Assembly: GCA_951406725.2 (NCBI GenBank)
Contig: OX597822.1
Span: 89,714,001-89,778,000, forward strand
Length of the DNA: 64,000 nucleotides
Direction of reading: 5' to 3'
Source of the DNA: Octopus vulgaris
Lineage: Eukaryota
Shown here one piece after another: positions 52,519-64,000 of this stretch. The notes beneath the pieces were generated by a model that saw nothing but the letters and a program-made list of their open reading frames with translations, searched no databases and was not told where the DNA came from. Position 1 is the stretch's first letter, and each line of letters starts with the position of its first letter. A program made the position numbers and the translations under genes.

Positions 52519-53254
52519 GTAAATCTTTTTTTAAAATTTTTATGTAGTATCATCAGCATTTGAGTTTTGTTGCAAATTCTGAACTTATAAAAATGTTTGT
52601 TTTCATGTTTATGAACTATTTTCATATGAAGTTGAAATTTCATTCATTGCATAATTTTATTGGTTATTCTAGAATATAAATATACATTGACATTTATTTT
52701 AAATATATATGTTTAATTTGTCTATAATTGAGGTTCAGTCTTGTCATTGATTAACCTTCAGTTGGTATTGTTCATCAAGACAGTCTTTTCTTCCACAGCT
52801 CTAGTCTGTGCTGGACTACAGTATTCAATGTGGTCTCTTTTTTTCTAGATAGGCTGTGGTCTGAGAAATCAGTCACAGTGACTATTTTGTTGATTCAGTA
52901 AATACAATAATGTTCACATTGACTCAGTGACCACATAACGGTTCCTGTTTTGGTTCATTGTATGTGAACCATTCATACACTGTGATTCACTGTTAAAAAA
53001 ATTTAAGCTGTTTATTCAAGCATTGGTAATAATCAGGTCTTGGATAAATGTTTATAAATTTCTAAATAGCTTTCAGCAATAAATATAAAAGATAAGTGCT
53101 GTTTAAGATATTGTAAAAAATATTTTTGTTTGTTTGAGAATATAGTATATAAATATTTAATATGAGTGGATTTCTCCTATCAAAAGTAATGAAATATATT
53201 TTGTGTTCCAGTGAGGCTATCTCATTCATACGGATTTAGTTAATAGCTTAATTC

Positions 53255-53520
53255 ATCATCATCATTTAGCATCCACTTTCCATGCTAGCATGGGTTGGAC
53301 GGTTCAACTGTGGTCTGGGAAGCCAGAAGGCTGCACCAGGCCCAGTCTGATCTGGCAATGTTTCTACGGCTGGATGCCCTTCCTAACGCCAACCACTCCA
53401 TGAGTGTAGTGGGTACTTTTTACGTGCCACCGGCACAGGTGCCAGACGAGGCTGGCAAACGGCCACGATTGGATGGTGCTTTTTACGTGCCACCGGCACG
53501 GAGGCCAGGCGAGGCTGATG
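53255..53520 (-). mobile_element. RTE 3'UTR (GAT)n repeat
   Basis: Reverse complement of the family tail. Confidence 0.75.
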
Positions 53521-54134
53521 CATTAAAAATACATTTGTTGCATAAAAAAGGTATACATATATCTCAGTGAATATTCATAGTTTAGGTTGGCATTAGGAAG
53601 GGCATCCAGCTGTAGAAACCATGCCAAAGAAAATTGGAACCTGTTGGGGCTCCCCTGCTTACCAGTTTTCAGTCAAACTGTCCAACCCATACCAGCATGG
53701 AAAACAGGCGTTAAATGATGATGATTTGAGAAAGTATGTGTATGATTAATTCCTCTACATTAATGGTCATCAATTTTGACATTTACACTTAAGATATTAC
53801 TAATTTTATACTGCCTTACATTATGTATTATTAGTGGCATTAAGCATATCACTAATGCAAATAGAACACCATGCAAACTCTTCATTTGATTTTGATACTT
53901 CTGAATCTTCAGAAGAAATTATCTTCATTTTCCAGTGTTTCTTTAATGTCCACTTTAATGCCCAAGCTACCACATTTTAGGAATTCCACTATTCAGTAAT
54001 AAGAAACCATACCAGAAAGCCTATATTGTTGTTTTTGTTGAGATTATACTCTCCCTCACAGGTTCTTAGGAACTTGCAATTTACCTTGACACTAAAAGGT
54101 TCTCCACTGATGCTCAAAAATATTGGAACATTTT

Positions 54135-54556
54135 TAATGCATACCTTTCCTTCTTGGGACACAAAACTCTACTTGTGAAGATCTGTTGAGGCAAGTGAAA
54201 TCGAAATCGATAAAAAATCCATGGAAATTGTAGTTGTGATACCAGTGCTGGTGGCACGTAGAAGAACTATCCGAATGTGGCCGTTGCCAGCGCCACTCTA
54301 ACTGGCCTCTGTGCTGGTGGCACGTAAAAAGCACCTACCAATCATGGCCATTGCCAGCCTCACATGGCACCTGTGCTGGTGGCACGTAAAAGCACCCACT
54401 ACACTCACGGAGTGGTTGGCGTTAGGAAGGGCATCCAGCTGTAGAAACACTGCCAGATCAGACTGGGCCTGATGCAGCCTCCTGGCTTCCCAGACCCCAG
54501 TCAAACCGTCCAACCTATGCTAGCATGAAAAGCGGATGTTAAATGATGATGATGAT
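54135..54556 (+). mobile_element. RTE 3'UTR (GAT)n repeat
   Basis: Family subrepeats and tail ending gatgatgatgat. Confidence 0.75.
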
Positions 54557-55546
54557 AATAATTCATAGCAAAATGATCATGACGCAAAAGTAATGGTTGT
54601 GAATGGCAAGAATGAAACAAGCAAAATAAAATTAATTTAAAAGGTGGGATTAGATCCTCTTATGTTCTTGTGGAATTGCGTGGCTGTTTATAATTTCATA
54701 TTTGATCATTACAGAAAATGAAAATTTATTAAATGTTTATAACAATATGTCAAACATATACTTAAAGGCTTTTTAGTTTTGTGAATTATATGACAACCTC
54801 ATTAGTGCTGGTATCATGTAAAATGCACCCAATGCCCTTTGTGAAGAGGTTTGCATTGGGAAGAGAATCAGTTGTAGAAATTAAGCCAAAAATGTGACAT
54901 TAAAGCACAGTACATTCCTTTGATTTTGTTCCTGTAAAATTGTAATAACTGTGGAAAATGGTGAATGAGGAGACAAAAACACTCAACAGACTGCACTCAT
55001 TTTTCTCAAAGTACAACTAGCAATCTCTGTAACACCTCTACTGGAGGCCACCTAATTCCTTCTTCACTTTTCTTTATAATCTCTACCATGTGTCAACCCT
55101 CAAACATTCCTTTTGGAAAATGTATCCTATTAGAATTTTTTCTTACATGCATAAACTTGCAGAGATTAAGACTGAAGAGTTGTTTAGAACTTCCCTAAGC
55201 AAATAATTTTCAACATAGATACTGGGGATCAATATAGTCAGTTATTGAAATTTGTGGCATGTGCCTAACTGATACTAATTTATTGATCAAAGCTAAGGTT
55301 TCCCTTGTTAGCATTTAAACAAGTCATACCCATACTTATTGATGACTAACTTAACAAAGCTCATGTAATATGTTGTGGAGTTGTTGAAAATGTTTGTAGT
55401 ATAATTCCAACATAATTATTTTCAGTTAGGCTAAACGTGTTTCCAGCAAATTAATATGTATAAAAATGAAATATATTACTGAATTGTTAAAACACTTGTT
55501 TGGATCAGGAAAAATTTTAAACACGTTTTTATTTTTTATTTTTCAG

Positions 55547-55621
55547 GGACACCTTTAGTGTTAAACGTCCTCGAAGAAATGCCATTAAATCAATATCATA
55601 CAGAGAGCCTGCATTAAACTT
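55547..55621 (+). CDS. SGO1: Shugoshin exon 9 (first part of SGO motif)
   Basis: tttttcag|GGACACC...AACTT|gtaagt; DTFSVKRPRRNAIKSISYREPALN matches the RxRR....(V/I)SYxEPxL shugoshin C-terminal motif. Confidence 0.93.
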
Positions 55622-57089
55622 GTAAGTATAACTATTATTTAATAATGTAATTGCTATAAAAATGTCAATGAAATCAGGACTTGTAAAAGTTTTGTTCTGC
55701 TATATCTTATAATGACTTAGCCTCTTTTGTACAACTCAATTTACAGAGAATGGGTGAAGAGAGGAAGCTTGTCATAAAATCTCACCTGTCTTCCAGTTGG
55801 TTTTATTTCAGAATAGCTGCACCTGTCATGGCCATCCAATCTTCATATTTTTCATATTTACTGTAACCAGGACTGCATTGTCCATAATGTCCTCCTTTCA
55901 GATGGGAAAATACAACAAGGAAATATGGTTACAAAGTTCACTTGTCAACTGCTCCAACCAATTGCTCATATCACTTACATTGTTTTAAGTTTCTTTTCCA
56001 TATTCCCTGGCCACTGAGAAAAGTACATATTAAAAATCTCTCTCTCAATTTTGTAAACCAAGTGATATTACAGCACAGCATCACTTTCTTCATGAATTGC
56101 TTCAATTTCATTTTCACCACTACTGATAAAGGAAATTATTACTGCTAGAGTTTGTCTACCTGTATTTTCAATATTCTCCGCAAAAAGATAATCTTCAAAT
56201 TTGTTTTCTAAGCTAACTGTTGTCAGTCATGTCTGTGTAAGTCATACTTGTTTTTTTTTTCAAATTCACAGATGCATGAAGATCATTCAAATTTTGTTAC
56301 ACGCTAAATTTGATGATGATAAAATAGGTGCAAGCATAGCTGTGTAGTTGCAAAGTTTTCTTTGCACTTATTTGGTCTGAAGCATTTTGGGCAAAGTCTT
56401 CTACTATAACTTCATGCTGATCAATGTCCTGCAAATGAAATTCAGTTGCCAGAAGCTGTATGGAAGCTTATTGTGTGTGTGTGGTTGGTTGACTAAAGCC
56501 TTGTAAATGAAACTGGGTAGATGGAACCCTGTCATACTGTACCTCTTCTTGGGTAGTAAACCTACTTTATAGTCTCTTGATACCACATTTGGGTGTTTTT
56601 AGCAGAGTTCACTCTGTTATAAGCAGGTCACTGGTCGAGGATAACTTGATGTCTCCGTTGTTTGCCCTACCAGCCTCAGAGGTTCTGCAAAAGTCATGGC
56701 ACAGCTTTTTTACATATCTTGACATAAACACTATTTGAGCTGCAGTGACATTTGTTTATGACTCCTGTGAACAACACAGCCTGTAGCTTAGTAGTTTTGT
56801 TGGTTTTGATGTATGAAGATCAGTGCAATGAAAATATTTGAAATGCAAGTAAGGTTGGCAACTGGAAAGCTATGTGACCATAGAGTATTGCCTCAATAAC
56901 TTGTCTAACTCATTTAAACATAGAAAAAGTTGGCATAACATTGATGATAACCAAAATGGGTAGCTGAAAGTTACTTGTACCAATTATAACATTTTTTTAT
57001 TGGTTAATATCAGAAATTTCCATTGTGACTAAATATGTAAACCAAGAATATAAAATTATATTGAAGGGCCAATCACATTGCTCATGATA

Positions 57090-57597
57090 TCTGTATATAT
57101 AAAACTGTAGTTGTGTGAGTGTCTGTCTCCTACGATTTAGATTCCTAACTACTCCCACATTTTGCGGTGCAGTTTAACCAAATTCGGGTATCTTATAGTC
57201 GTGATTCATATCGAGCCCGTCTGGGTATTAGCGCACGTCTACGATGAGTCTACGATTTTAAAAATAATTTAACATCATTTTTTATTCCATTTTAATGCAT
57301 ATTTTTTCGTGTGTCGATGGCGGCGGAGTTGGCGTCCACGCTCACACCTGTGTTGCTTCTCTCCCTTCTTCCCTCTTTCGTGAAGCTGTGGGGAAGGGAG
57401 TATAAAGAAATTAACGTCGTAAAGCGTTGTCAAGGAGACCAGCGTTCTTTTAGAACAACGACTTCATAGCTTGAAGACACCAAAACAGTAATGGCTAAGA
57501 AAGCCCGAATTGGCATCTATAAGGGAAGTAACTCTCTAAAAATGCTTATATAGTTATTTCCCTTACAAACCCGAGCAACGCCGGGTGATACTGCTAG
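57090..57597 (+). mobile_element. Non-autonomous Helitron-like element
   Basis: A|TCtgtatatataaaactg...cccgagcaacgccgggtgatactgCTAG|T: AT insertion site, no TSD, subterminal hairpin. Confidence 0.85.
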
Positions 57598-58749
57598 TAA
57601 TGTTTAAGAGACTATTGAAGCTGAGTTACTTTACTTCAAAATAAGAATTTGGAACAGTGAGTAAGATGAAAGCTAAATCATGTGATATTTGCAAATTAAG
57701 AGTAGGATTATTGGTATAGCTTAATTTTTCTTTTATGGTTTTGTCAGAAATAGAAGATCTGTTACTTTTCAGGGCCTTTGATACTGGTGGGAGGAAGAAA
57801 AGAACTTATTTTCAGATTGATAACATGGTTCAAATGATGGTGGCAATAGACATTTATACACACAAGCTGCATATAGATTGTGAATCAAGGGTAAAAAAAC
57901 AACAACTTAGAGCACAATCACATCATATATTTTATCCAAGAATAAAATAAATAGATAAAATGCTTTTGTGGATTCCCATGATTCTCTGTTACCATCCAGT
58001 TCCATTATTATGAATTTGAGCTTGAGTTATAGTGAACCTTTCCAACCATGGATGCCATTCCTATGGATGCATTTTAGCTACTCTTGATAGAAGTTGCTGA
58101 TCCTGACCATTGATCTTCTAGGATTTCTCTACTCGGCATCAATGTAAGAAGCACCATTGGCTCAGTTGAGCTCTTTCACTCCCTCTTCACAATCCACCAT
58201 GCTACAGTCCCATGGGTGCTATACCTTGCCAAGGGGCAACCTGTAACTGTGCTGGGCATGGTTGTCACTCTGTGAGGTATTGTTACATAAAATAAGATAT
58301 GAAAAAAGAAGGAAAATCAGAATGATGTAATAGATATGAATTAAGGAAGTGGTTAAATTAATTTAAAAAGGGATGGCAATCAGAGCAAGATGTAGTCATT
58401 TGGGATAAAATGTAGTTCTTGTATGAGAAAGGGTAAGATGACATTTCTGGTTAAAGATTTTTGCCTATATTTATGGCTTAATCAGAGGTGGAAGGGAGTG
58501 TTATGACTTTTGATGAACCTCTGAGGTTAGTGGGGTAGGCAATGTAGATATCAAGCTATCTTCAGACCAGTATCCTACTTGTAAATAGAGTGAACTCTGC
58601 TAAAAACACCCAAGGACAAGGTAATGGTGTTAATCAAGGCTACCACCCAAAAAGAGCTACAATGTTTCTAGCCAGGTGCGAAGGAAGATGGCTCAGACAA
58701 ATAATGGTAAATTGCTGCTGGTACCTCTAACATGATTGTTCTTATCATA

Positions 58750-59420
58750 CATCATTGTTAAACGTCTGCTTTCCATGCTGGCCTGGGTTGGATGGTTTGA
58801 CAAGGAGCTAGCTGGCAGGGATCTGCACCAACTCCAGCTGTCTGTTGATGCATGGTTTCTACAGCTGGATGTCTTCCCTAACACCAACCACTTAAGAGTG
58901 TGCTGGGTGCCTTTTATGTGTCACTGGCTCCTGAAAGGACAAGCCTGTATATGTGGAAGACAGGAATTTTACTTAGCTTGACATGCCTTATCAAGGACAG
59001 CAAATCACCACATCTCCTGGTCCCTTGTCATTTCCTGAGTGAGGCCCAACATCCGAAGATCCTTTCTCACCACTTCGTCCCATGTCTTCCTGGGTATACC
59101 CGTTCTACAGGTACCCTCCACAATTAGAGCTCAGCACTTCTTTACTCAGCTGTCCTCATCCATACACATCACCTGACCAAACTAGCACAGTTTTCTCTCT
59201 CGCACACAACATCTGGTGCCTCTTATACCCATTTTACCTCTTAATTCATTTACACTCTATTGTGCATGCATACTGACATTACCCAGCCAGTGAAGCCTGC
59301 TAGCTTCATTTCTTTCAAGTCTTCGCAAATCCTCTGTAATCATAGCCCATGTTTCACTGCCATGTAACACAGCTGTATATACACAGGCATCATACAGTCT
59401 GCCTTTCATTCTGGGGGAGA
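58750..59420 (-). mobile_element. RTE LINE 3' fragment with UTR
   Basis: KGRLYDACV..AVLHGSETWA...LERNEAS; RGRHGTK-like C-terminus; family UTR tail. Confidence 0.75.
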
Positions 59421-59845
59421 GGTGAAAGGCAGATTCTATGATGCCTGCATACATACAGCTATGTTAATCATACAAATTGTGTTTTTCTATGCCTGAAAAA
59501 TGTTGCATTGTTTTTCTTTGTCCATTTTTAGGTTCATTTTTTCATGCCAGCACAGGTTAGACTAATATGTTACTGAAGTATTATTTTACAGCTGGCTATT
59601 CTTCCTCATGTCTCCCCTTACCAGGTTTTCAAATAACGAATCTCTTGTTCCACACAGTTTCAAAAGCACGAAGGGAGCAGATGATTTATTGATGAAAGTG
59701 CTAACAACAACACTACTCAGATGCTATGTCTTTCATATAAGTGAGCACAGTTATAAGCAGAAACACACACTCACACTCAATCATTCACTTACATGCTCAC
59801 TCACTCATTCTCTCACTCTCTCTGCTGCTGCTGTCACTGCTTTCA

Positions 59846-60065
59846 CCCTTTAGCATTCAGATTATTCTGTCAAATGTAAAGCTTATGTATTCACACCATG
59901 TAAAATTAATCTTGCATCATTTCATGGCTTTGAGATTTCAATGATGTGATTGTTTATTTTTAAAATGACACAATAAGGTAGCTATGAATGACCACATCTG
60001 GCCAGTTTGAACATAGAATAGGTAGAATATTTTGGCCAGATATGGCCGGTCTAAACACTAAAGGG
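59846..60065. mobile_element. piggyBac-type MITE
   Basis: ccctttagcattcag...aacactaaaggg|TTAA; sister of 31222-31432. Confidence 0.75.
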
Positions 60066-60233
60066 TTAAAAGTTTATGTGATTCAATTTTAAAAATTTGT
60101 TTTCAGAAAGGAAGTTTTTATTTTTTATTTTTTTTATTTTTAAAGAAATGTTAACAAAAGATAATGTTTTGTGTTCTAATCCCTCTTAATTGTCTAGCAT
60201 TCTAGAAGTTTTTTAATTGTTTTTCATATTTAG

Positions 60234-60306
60234 GAAACTCCGGCAAGGTGATGAACTATTTGTGGCTAAAGCTCTTGAAAATGGCAATTTTGGTAAGGAA
60301 GATTAA
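60234..60306 (+). CDS. SGO1: Shugoshin exon 10 (second part of SGO motif)
   Basis: ttcatatttag|GAAACTCCGGCAAGGTGAT gives (L)KLRQGDELF, completing EPALNLKLRQGD. The exon either ends at a gtaagg donor after 60292 or reads through to TAA at 60304-60306. Confidence 0.88.
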
Positions 60307-62169
60307 TTTTACTTTTAATCTCATGACATCAGTTGATGTAAATTTATACATGCTGTGTACATGTTTTAAATTGGATGGCATAAATATAGGTGGCCTTATC
60401 TGCCTTGTGTTTTTTTTTGTACCGGTTGATGTAAATATCCACTATCACTCATGGAGTCAGTAATAGTCCACCATGCAAATTTCAAGGAATCTGATGGGTT
60501 TGTGAGGTTCATGTAAATATTTCCAGTTTGGTTCGAGGTATCTTTGTTGTAATAGTATAAAAACTGCATTTTGGTGATCACACCACCATTTCCATTATGG
60601 CTTCTTAGCAAATTTTATGCATTCAGCTAATTCTTCTGGTCCTTAACAGAACTGTCATGTCCAGCTACACCAGTTTCATTGAATTTATGGTCTTTGAATT
60701 CATCTTCATGTCCAGCTTCATGTTTGTAGAGAAAGAAAGACTAAAGTGTTGGCTGAGGATTGAAGGAAATGCTAGTGCATTGGATGATATGAGGGATGTC
60801 ACTAACTTACCTTGTTGAATTGGATGATTAATTGGGGGAATTTTCACATGATGGGAATGGGAGTGTAGAGAAAGTATGTTTGGGAAGCATTTTGATGAGA
60901 GAATTGAGTGTAAAGTTGGGGTGAAAATAGGCCTTTTCAGCAAAAGTACCATTAACATATACTGGCATACGTATACTTTTGCCCACCTTTTAAATATGTA
61001 TCTGAATTCTGTACAACTCTTTCACTCTTTCTTTTAGTCTCTCTCAGACTTCCTTCTTTCTTTCCTCTTTTCCTTTTCTCACTCCCCTTCTTGCACAGGT
61101 CTTGGCTTTCTCTTTCTTTAATCTACCTACTTTTCCTCGTTTATCCCCCTTGTACCTTCTCCGTGTCCCTTTGATTCTCTTTCTCGTTCTCCCTTTAATT
61201 CTTCCACATGACTGGTGTTCGGCCAAGCATGATCTTTCTTTCTTGGCGTAACTGCTGGCCGCAAAGCATCTCTTATATTCCTTTCTCGTGAACGTAAGAC
61301 TTTCATCTCTTACGTTCATCGATATTCCAGCCCCAAAGCAGCTTTCACTCCACACACACCAGCTCCATTTGATTTGCCTCTATTAGTTGAAAGACATCTG
61401 TTATTTACTTGTCATTTGTAATTGTGTAACATTTTCTCTGTTTTTTTGTTGTCTTTGTTGTCATATACATTTGCTTGCATTCTCCCAAAATATTTAATAC
61501 CCTTAGCTTAGATTTGTGGGGCCAACCAGATTTGAACAGTTCCAAGTGTAACCAGCCAAAGCTGTAAGGATAATCTGGAAACTTGACTGGGGAGAGAAGG
61601 CCATGAATGACTCTTCCTTGTTTTTTCCTGTTTGTCTGTGCATCGCTATCTGTCAAGATGTTTTACTGTAATCTGTTGCATTCTTGTTTTATTTTTTAGA
61701 TTTCTATATACATATATACATGTGTGTGTGTGTGTGTGTGTGTGTCTATATATATGAGTTTATATCTATATTTGTTTGTATATATATGTGTGTGTGTATA
61801 TGTGTGTGTACGATATGTGATTTGCAAATGTAAATAAGAATTATATATAAATATAAAAAAAGTAAAAGATATGCAATTAAAAAATATAAAATAATATGTA
61901 TATATAAAGTAAAATTATACATATATACACATATAAAAAAACAAAGAAGATATATACATATTTACAGACATTTTGTTGGATGGCCGTTGACTGTTCAGGA
62001 GTTCATCCATTCTTTGACAGGTCTTATTTTTCATCCTACAAAATATCCAAAAACACCCTCCTCACCAAGAAAGCCTGGTGTGGTTGCCAGTTTAGTTGCT
62101 GACAACCTAATCATGCAACAGGTTGTACTGGTTTACATGTTACCAGTAGCAATCAAGAGCAACCTGACA

Positions 62170-64000
62170 TAAGGGTCAGCGTAGAGAATCTGGTGTTGGG
62201 TTTGCTCTCAAGAATACATTAGCATCCTCCATTGCAGAGCTTCCAAGTGGTATATCTGAACGGATCATGTCATGCCGTATTAAACTGACAAATGGTAGGT
62301 TTCTTACCGTTGTCAGTATTTATGCACTAATAATGTCCCATTCTGATGAAACTGTAGGACAGTTTTATGACGATCTAGCTCACTTATTGAGGAAAGTACC
62401 AATTTCTTCTGACAAGCTGGTCATACTGGGAGATTTCAATGCAAGAGCTGGAAAGGACTGTTTCATGGCCTGTTTTAGGTTGACGTGGGATTGGAAAATG
62501 CAATAAAAATGGAGTAGCTCTTTTGATGTTTTGTACTGAGAATAATCTGGTTGTCACCAACACTGTTTAAGCAGAAAAATTAAATATAAAACCACCTGGA
62601 TGCACTCAAGATCTAAGCACTGGCATCTTATAGATTATATTCTGATCAGGAAACGTGATATGAAAGACGTTTCTAGCATTCGGGTCATGAGAGGGGCAGA
62701 GAGCTGGATTGACCATCATCTAGTGCATAGAAAAACAGATTTTGCAGTAATGCCTAAAAATCGACAGTCGTGTCCTAATGTATCCAAAAAGTTAAATGTT
62801 GCAAACTTTAAATTATCAAGCAACTTACAAAGATTCCACAGTGCTATAGAAAGTATCAATCTTAACCCAAACAATCTATGGGAAGGTTTCAAAACAAAAG
62901 TATTTCAGGCTGCAAGTTCATCAGTGGGATTTAAATCTCATAAATCCAGTGCCTGGTTCTCAGATAGATCAGCAGAAATTCATGATCTACTTTTAGAAAA
63001 ACATAACTTAGGCAATACACTTCTTTCTCAGTCCTTGAACTTCAACTCAAATGAAACTTACATAAAGCTGCAAAGGAAAGTGCAGACTGCTCTAAGGAAA
63101 ATTAAACAGGAATGGTGGAATGATAGAGCAAAAGGGGCACAAGAAGCAGCTGATAGAAATGATGCCAAGGGTTTGTACTCTTATGTTAAGGAGGTATATG
63201 GCCCAAAATCTTCCTCAATAGCTCCAGTGAGAACAGTAAATAGACATTTTCTTCTGATTGACACTGCTTCTATTCATAAGTGTTGGGTAGAACATTTTTC
63301 TGGACTTTTGAATAGACGATCATCCGTTGACATGAGGACAATAGAAAAAATTGAACACTTTCCAGTTATAGAAGAGATGGTATTTGAACCAGCACTGAAT
63401 GATATTTATTTAGCTGTGAATAAACTGAATAACAATAAGTCTCCAGGGTCTGATGGAACCTGTGCAGAAGTCTTGAAATATGGGAGTGACAAAATGTTTG
63501 AACTCTTAAATATATTAATTCCTCACTGTTGGAGAACTGAGAAAGTGCCTCAAGACTGGATTGATGCCATTTTAGTCTCCTTGTATAAATCAGGGCCAAA
63601 AGATGTGTGTGGTCATTTTCGTGGGATTTCGCTTTTGTCTGTGGTTGGAAAGGTACTTGGCTGCATTTTGTTAGAACATTTAAATACCTTTATAGTTCCA
63701 AATATAGTGTCTGACTCTCATCGTTCCTCCAGGAGCACAGCTGATTGTATCTTTACTGTTAGACAATTACAAGAAAAGTACATTGAACAGAATCTTGCTC
63801 TATACCATTGCTTGTTGATTCGAGCAAAGCATGCAATACTGTTAATCAAAATGCTCTGTGGCTAATTCTAAGGAAAATAGGTTGCCCAGAAAAATTTGTA
63901 AACATGGTCAGGGATTTGCATCAAAATATGAAAGCCAGAGTTAATTTTGGTGGTAGGCTCTCTGAATCTTTTGCTGTGGAAAATGGAGTAATGCAAGGAA
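62170..64000 (+). mobile_element. RTE-clade LINE (APE endonuclease plus RT start), runs off the window
   Basis: ERIMSCR...VSIYA...LGDFNAR, TWMHSRSKHWHLIDYIL, DHHLV, KSPGSDG, FRGISLLSVVGK, IFTVRQLQEK, VENGVMQG; frameshifted. Confidence 0.92.

Overview
AT-rich, intron- and repeat-dense eukaryotic DNA. The SINE/RTE repeat content resembles an octopus (coleoid cephalopod) genome; the species is inferred, not shown. One host gene can be reconstructed by hand: a plus-strand shugoshin (SGO) gene at about 18876-60306, with GT-AG junctions whose reading-frame phases agree throughout. It encodes an N-terminal coiled coil (NNKALAHAL) and a C-terminal SGO motif (RPRRNAIKSISYREPALNLKLRQGD) split over two exons. 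Its 699-bp phase-1/phase-1 exon 6 occurs twice, about 10 kb apart and about 99% identical, inside an older, strongly decayed tandem duplication. A three-LTR Gypsy cluster lies between the two copies. The rest is transposon debris (Gypsy, RTE, CR1/L2, RLE-type LINE, hAT, Tc1/mariner, Helitrons, piggyBac-type MITEs, tRNA-SINEs), a 31-bp GC-rich minisatellite and microsatellites. Intron 1 holds a split fold-back element that appears to join a tRNA-like Pol III head to a decayed Penelope-type hammerhead ribozyme. There is no CRISPR array or prokaryotic system. All alignments were done by eye, so identities and repeat boundaries are approximate.
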